From NCBI GenBank assembly GCA_002633005.1, contig NMRA01000106.1, forward strand, positions 849,655 to 913,654: a DNA stretch of 64,000 nucleotides, in the 5' to 3' direction. The translations under genes and the position numbers were made by a program. Positions 58,714-64,000 of the stretch are shown piece after piece. The stretch is from Phoronis australis (lineage: Eukaryota > Animalia > Phoronida). The notes beneath the pieces are model-generated. The model was not told the origin of the DNA and ran no database searches. It saw only the letters and a list, made by a program, of their open reading frames with translations. Numbering within the stretch: the first letter of the stretch is position 1; each line of letters starts with the position of its first letter.

Positions 58714-60744
58714 ATGGCGACTGCCATTGATTTCGAATCCATTATTCGCAATGCAAGAGTGGACAATGCTGTGAGATCTAGAACAAATTTTGCGTCGATT
58801 TTTGAAAAGGTATACAAGATTAAATCGTTTGAAATGCTCTAGTCAATGCCTAATTCTAATTTTATAATGTATCAACAGTGGAAACGGTGAATGTTCAGTG
58901 ACCAGTCTCACTCTACCTCTGTGGGCCTGTGGCTCACAGGCGCGTGCTCATGTCACGAGCGCGACAAACTTTTGTTACTATAGGCAAACAAATGATATTC
59001 ATTAGATTGTTTTTCACTCAAGCGGCTGCAGCCTGCAAGGTGAGTGTTGATTGACTCCTAGATTTTGCATGCGCCTGCTCCACTCGCTAGCTACATGTTT
59101 CACGTGACCGAGGTGACGAGCAGAACTATACCCGGGCTGTGGGAAATTTCGGGGATGTAACGGAGCTCAATAACGCAGTGCTACCAAGTTTTATTTTTGC
59201 GAGTCTTTTCACAGCTAGCTGACCGGTTACGTCATAACCCGCAGTATCGTACAAAGGCCTTGATAACTACATTTTGTCCGGCGGTCATGTTCAGTCCCCG
59301 GCGGTCCTGTTTTCTGGTGGGGCGGTCATGTTTTTATATGCGTCAGTCCCATTTTCTGGTGTGACGGTCCCATTTGATCCCCGGAGGTCCTGTTTTGGGT
59401 GAGTCAGTCCGATTTAGAGGACCGGCGGTCATGTTGTTTCTTACTTAGGCAATGACCATCGCCTCTGTTGGCCCGAACCAGAGGCGATGCAGACCCTATA
59501 GGCGCTCTGTACGCCGGAAGCTTTTCGGCGAATTATGCCTCGCACCGACTAAACCATCAAAGTCACGTTGTTATAAATACCTTTTGCGCATAGAGGAACA
59601 CCTTAGGAGGTTGTCGATGTGTTAAATAATTTAGCTTACTAAAAGAAGACTGTTGTTTTTAATGATCACTAATTTTGCGTCAGATTTTATCTTGCCACTT
59701 TTTTACCCACATCGGTTCAAAGTTGTATATTTAGTAATACCAAGGCTACCTCTGGCTCTGTCTTGGCGCTGCTTTCTGCCGGTCTGGAAGTTGAAACGTA
59801 ACACAGGCAGACGAATTTCACATCGACTGGTTACCATATAAGAAACATACATGTCTTTTATTTGAGTTAGTGTTGGTACCAGTGGCAGATACGAGGAACA
59901 GATAAACTCGTGGGCATGTGTTCTGAAATAGCCCATCCCCACCCCCGGTTGCCCCAATCAGTACCAATAGTCAATACCCCAATCTGTCCAACCTCCAGCA
60001 CCACCCCTAATTTACAATAAATTTGGCATTGATTTCTTTTGTTAATGTGGTCCTGTTAAATGCTGGTTTTGTAGTACTTTAAGGATTAAAAAGCTGCAAG
60101 GCAGATAATGGAAATTGATTGTTTGTGATGATTCAATATGCTCTTTATTACAGTATGATCGTGAATTTCCTGACAGCGACGAAATCAACTTAAGTGATTT
60201 TTCTATCGTTAAAGATCGAGGTATGTCTCATTGAACTGTTCTAAAATCATCATTTGTAAATGGCATCTGCTCATCTGCTCATTCCCCTGAACAACAATGA
60301 TTCCAATAGAACAACACAATTCCTGATAGACGTTGATACTATGGCACCATAGGCTATTGTACATGGACCGCCAACTCTGTATATTTTCAAGGGACGAAAT
60401 GTGTGATCTTACGCATAAGTCGTGATGTCATTATTCACTAGCGACACCTGGCAAAATTAGCAAGTTTTACTTCTGGCATGTGCTAATCATAGTCAGCTGT
60501 TGTGTGGTCATTTGCTAAAAGTACTCATGGTACCAACAGTTCTATTATTGGAAAACTCTGAGCAGCATTTCAATGCAGACATTTTTTTTTTCATTGTACT
60601 GGACAGTTAAGTAAATGCTAGAATTTTTCGTCTCAATACACTAATTAATATTTTGTTTTTATTAAATTAATTTTTATTATTACCTCAATTACATTGATTA
60701 TTATCACTGTTGTTGTTATTATTATTATTATTATATTATTATTA

Positions 60745-60775
<31 letters not shown>

Positions 60776-60844
60776 TAGGCCATTTGAAAAAGATCAAGAC
60801 TCAAAGTTTTGGTCACAGTCGACTTGCCGTGGAGAGAAGGAGAG
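58714..60844 (+). CDS. 5' exons of an Scm3/HJURP-family CENP-A (CenH3) chaperone; gene continues downstream
   Basis: GACATGGCG start; exons 58714-58809 (phase 0), 60154-60220 (phase 1), 60779-60844 splice GT-AG to MATAIDFESIIRNARVDNAVRSRTNFASIFEK|YDREFPDSDEINLSDFSIVKDR|GHLKKIKTQSFGHSRLAVERRR, matching the Scm3 pattern (F/W)xxI(F/I)xKY...D(E)(I/V)(D/N)L...IV.D.GH(L/I). Confidence 0.82.
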
Positions 60845-62209
60845 GTAGAGTCATGAGTTTACAGTTAAAATTTTATGTATAAAATGATGTGTCCAAGGTC
60901 ACTACAGCACTGCATAGTTATACGACCTCGAACTACGTGGTATCAATACAGCTGAATTTCTCTATGAGTTCTGAGGAATGTCCATGTCCTTCATATTGGA
61001 ATTATGGAGAGAAATTCAGACACAACTAGGTTGTTTAATGGCACTGCACTTAATTAAAACTTTGTTGCTCGGTCATCATTAAACATTTACTTAAAAAAAA
61101 TTTTGGAAATTTGTTTTTGTCAATATGCTTGATGCTGATATCATGTTCATGCACTTTTAATGTTTACAAAGGTTAGACAGACTCTATTCACATTTTGTTT
61201 TCATGAAACAACTGCAGTTAAAGTCTCAACGATTTTGAATAAAAATATTGCCCTTATTTGTTTTTCAGGGGGTTTGAACACTGTTGCAAATGCCCAAAAT
61301 TTCTTATTTAAAATGTTGTCGCATGGTAGCTATGGTACATAACTTGAACTTAAACAAATGCTCAAGTAACCAGTCCAAATATAGTAAACATACAGCACAA
61401 CAGTCATCAAACATACAGCACAACAGTCATCAAACATACAGCACAACAGTCATCAAACATACAGCACAACAGNNNNNNNNNNNNNNNNNNNNNNNNNNNN
61501 NNNNNNNNNNNNNNNNNNNNNNNNNNNNNNNNNNNNNNNNNNNNNNNNNNNNNNNNNNNNNNNNNNNNNNNNNNNNNNNNNNNNNNNNNNNNNNNNNNNN
61601 NNNNNNNNNNNNNNNNNNNNNNNNNNNNNNNNNNNNNNNNNNNNNNNNNNNNNNNNNNNNNNNNNNNNNNNNNNNNNNNNNNNNNNNNNNNNNNNNNNNN
61701 NNNNNNNNNNNNNNNNNNNNNNNNNNNNNNNNNNNNNNNNNNNNNNNNNNNNNNNNNNNNNNNNNNNNNNNNNNNNNNNNNNNNNNNNNNNNNNNNNNNN
61801 NNNNNNNNNNNNNNNNNNNNNNNNNNNNNNNNNNNNNNNNNNNNNNNNNNNNNNNNNNNNNNNNNNNNNNNNNNNNNNNNNNNNNNNNNNNNNNNNNNNN
61901 NACAACTAGTTCTTGTCTGTCAATCATCTAAGTTCTTAACAGGTCCTCCTGGAGGCAATTTGTTTGCAAGTGTTGGATTTTATATTTTAACCTATTAAAA
62001 ATAATTAAAAAATTATGGGTCATTGGTTGGAGAAATAAATGAAAAATATGGGCGGTGGGTACGAAATAAAAGTGCCTTCCCCCCCCTCCCATACAGATTT
62101 TGCTGGAACAGCCCTAATTAATATTTTGTTTTTACTAAATTAATTTTTATTATTAGCTCAATTACATTGATTATTATCACTGTTGTTGTTATTATTATTA
62201 TTATTATTA

Positions 62210-62246
<37 letters not shown>

Positions 62247-62950
62247 TAGGCCATTTGAAAAAGATCAAGACTCAAAGTTTTGGTCACAGTCGACTTGCCG
62301 TGGAGAGAAGGAGAGGTAGAGTCATGAGTTTACAGTTCAAATTTATGCATAAAATGATGTGCCCAAGGTCGCTTCAGCACTGTATAGTTATTCGACCTTG
62401 AACTACATAGTATCAATACAGCTGACTTTCTCTATGAGTTCTGAGGAATGTCCATGGCCTTCATATTGGAATTATGGAGGGAAATTCAGACACAACTAGG
62501 TTGTTTAATGGCACTGCACTTAATTAAAACTTTTTTGCTCAGTCATCATTAAACATTTACTTAAAAAAAATTTTGGGAAATTTGTTTTTGTCAATATGCT
62601 TGATGCTGATATCATGTTCATGCACTTTTAATGTTTACAAAGGTTAGACAGACTCTATTCACATTTTGTTTTCATGAAACAACTGCAGTTCAAGTCTCAA
62701 TGATTTTGAATAAAAATATTTGCTGAAATTGCCCTTATTTGTTTTTCAGGGGGTTTGAACACCGTTGCAAATGCCCAAAATTTCTTATTTAAAATGTTGT
62801 CACATGGTAGCTATGGTACATAACTTGAACTTATGCTCAAGTAACCAGTCCAAATATAGTAAACATACAGCACAACAGTCATCAAACATACAGCACAACA
62901 GTCATCAAACATACAGCACAACAGTCATCAAACTTATAGCACAGCAGTCA
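60641..62950. repeat. About 830-bp segment repeated on either side of the 61473-61901 gap (60641-61472 vs 62113-about 62950), including Scm3-like exon 3 (second copy 62250-62315); probable haplotype duplication
   Basis: Near-identical sequence; exon 3 is identical in both copies. Confidence 0.75.
60716..60776. repeat. (TAT)n microsatellite; second copy at about 62189-62246
   Basis: Read directly; abuts the exon-3 acceptor of the Scm3-like gene. Confidence 0.95.
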
Positions 62951-63057
62951 AACATACAACACAACAGTCAAACATACAACACAAGAGTCGTCAAACTTAC
63001 AGGCTCAACAGTCATCAAACATACAGCACAACAGTCATCAAACATGCAGCACAACAG
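62864..63057. repeat. 23-bp minisatellite CATACAGCACAACAGTCATCAAA (also 61389-61472 running into the gap, and one unit near 63537)
   Basis: Read directly. Confidence 0.9.
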
Positions 63058-63500
63058 ATAAAGTTTGAGTCTAATACTAGAAAAAAACTTACAAAAATTA
63101 GTGACGTTGCGTCCGCATTTCACGGACTTCAGCTTGGCTTGTGACGTTAGTGTTATTCTGGCTAATTGGTGGTGTTTTGACCAGATGGCGTGGCATTGAC
63201 GCCAGAACACCATCCCATACATGTGACAAATCGATTCTGTCCCTTTAACTAGGACAACGATGTTGTGACATCTGCATTTTAATGGACTGTTTCGTTTCAC
63301 CTAACTGTCAGCGCTGGGGATCCTTACACTGAACACCATAGACAACACATGATTTATTACCCTTGGGGGTCTTGTCCTTGACATTAACCAGTTAGCTGCG
63401 GAGAGAATTAAACGGTTTGTGGATGATAGAAATGTCAAACTGTTCAAAATGTCCTCTTGAGGCGGTCAGAAAGACCTGATAGACTCAAACTTTATCTGTT
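63053..63500. mobile_element. About 450-bp element with perfect 21-bp terminal inverted repeats
   Basis: AACAGATAAAGTTTGAGTCTA (63053-63073) and TAGACTCAAACTTTATCTGTT (63480-63500). Confidence 0.7.
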
Positions 63501-63785
63501 TTCTGAACTTGATGTCTCAAAATTGTCATGCTTTTATACAGCACAACAGTCATCAAACAAAGTAAACTGTTTCTCTGTCATGACAACTAATTCTGTTAAA
63601 TGCAAAAATAACTGGTAATATCCATTTTGGTGGTAACGTTGTAATTCCACAATGACTTAGCGGCCTTACTAACACTCCACCTCTGTTCCCGCTATTGTCG
63701 GTCATGAGGGAAGGATTTAGTGGAAAGTGTTGAAAATGTCATAGTGTTCTGAACATTGATCACATTAATGATTTTGGCCAAAGTA

Positions 63786-63997
63786 TCAGTACTAGTACAG
63801 ACTTCAAAATCGGCGCATATGTAAACAAAAGACATTTTATGAATCGACGTGTACCTGTGCAGACTGTTCTCCACCTGTGTTACCTGAGTGGAATATTGAG
63901 AACATTTGTCTTGGGAACGGTTTAGTGACAATAAACCGAAACGTCGATTAATTCAATGTCTTTGTTTACATAGGCGCTGATTTTGAACTTAGTACTG
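63786..63997. mobile_element. MITE-like element with about 60-bp imperfect inverted arms
   Basis: TTCAAAATCGGCGCATATGTAAACAAAAGACATT...AATCGACGT versus ACGTCGATT...AATGTCTTTGTTTACATAGGCGCTGATTTTGAA. Confidence 0.65.
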
Positions 63998-64000
63998 AAC

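Noticed and set aside
60694-62401. Poly-Tyr/Ile/Leu ORFs (60694-60882, 62183-62401)
   Set aside because: Translations of the (TAT)n microsatellite; only the GHLKK...RRR part is a real exon.

Overview
AT-rich, intron-rich animal (invertebrate-looking) genomic DNA; the species cannot be determined from the sequence. Five protein-coding genes can be spliced by hand: (1) the 3' end of a divergent IP3/ryanodine-receptor-family channel (+, 34-7225) lacking the canonical GGGVGD filter; (2) a complete 583-aa type I membrane protein (-, 10336-23159) with an EYS-type cupredoxin/ephrin-fold N-terminal domain, 7 EGF repeats, a TM helix and a short tail; (3) POLR2A/RPB1 (+, 27398-45050); (4) ETFDH (-, 46948-58529); (5) a gene the ORF track does not show as a unit, whose first three small exons (+, 58714-60844) splice into an Scm3/HJURP-type CENP-A chaperone domain, head-to-head with ETFDH. 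Gene 5 is the most interesting observation. Several apparent duplications flank single Ns or gaps and are most likely uncollapsed haplotypes. Introns carry MITE-like elements and mini/microsatellites. All homology calls come from reading motifs and from recalled reference sequences; no searches were run.
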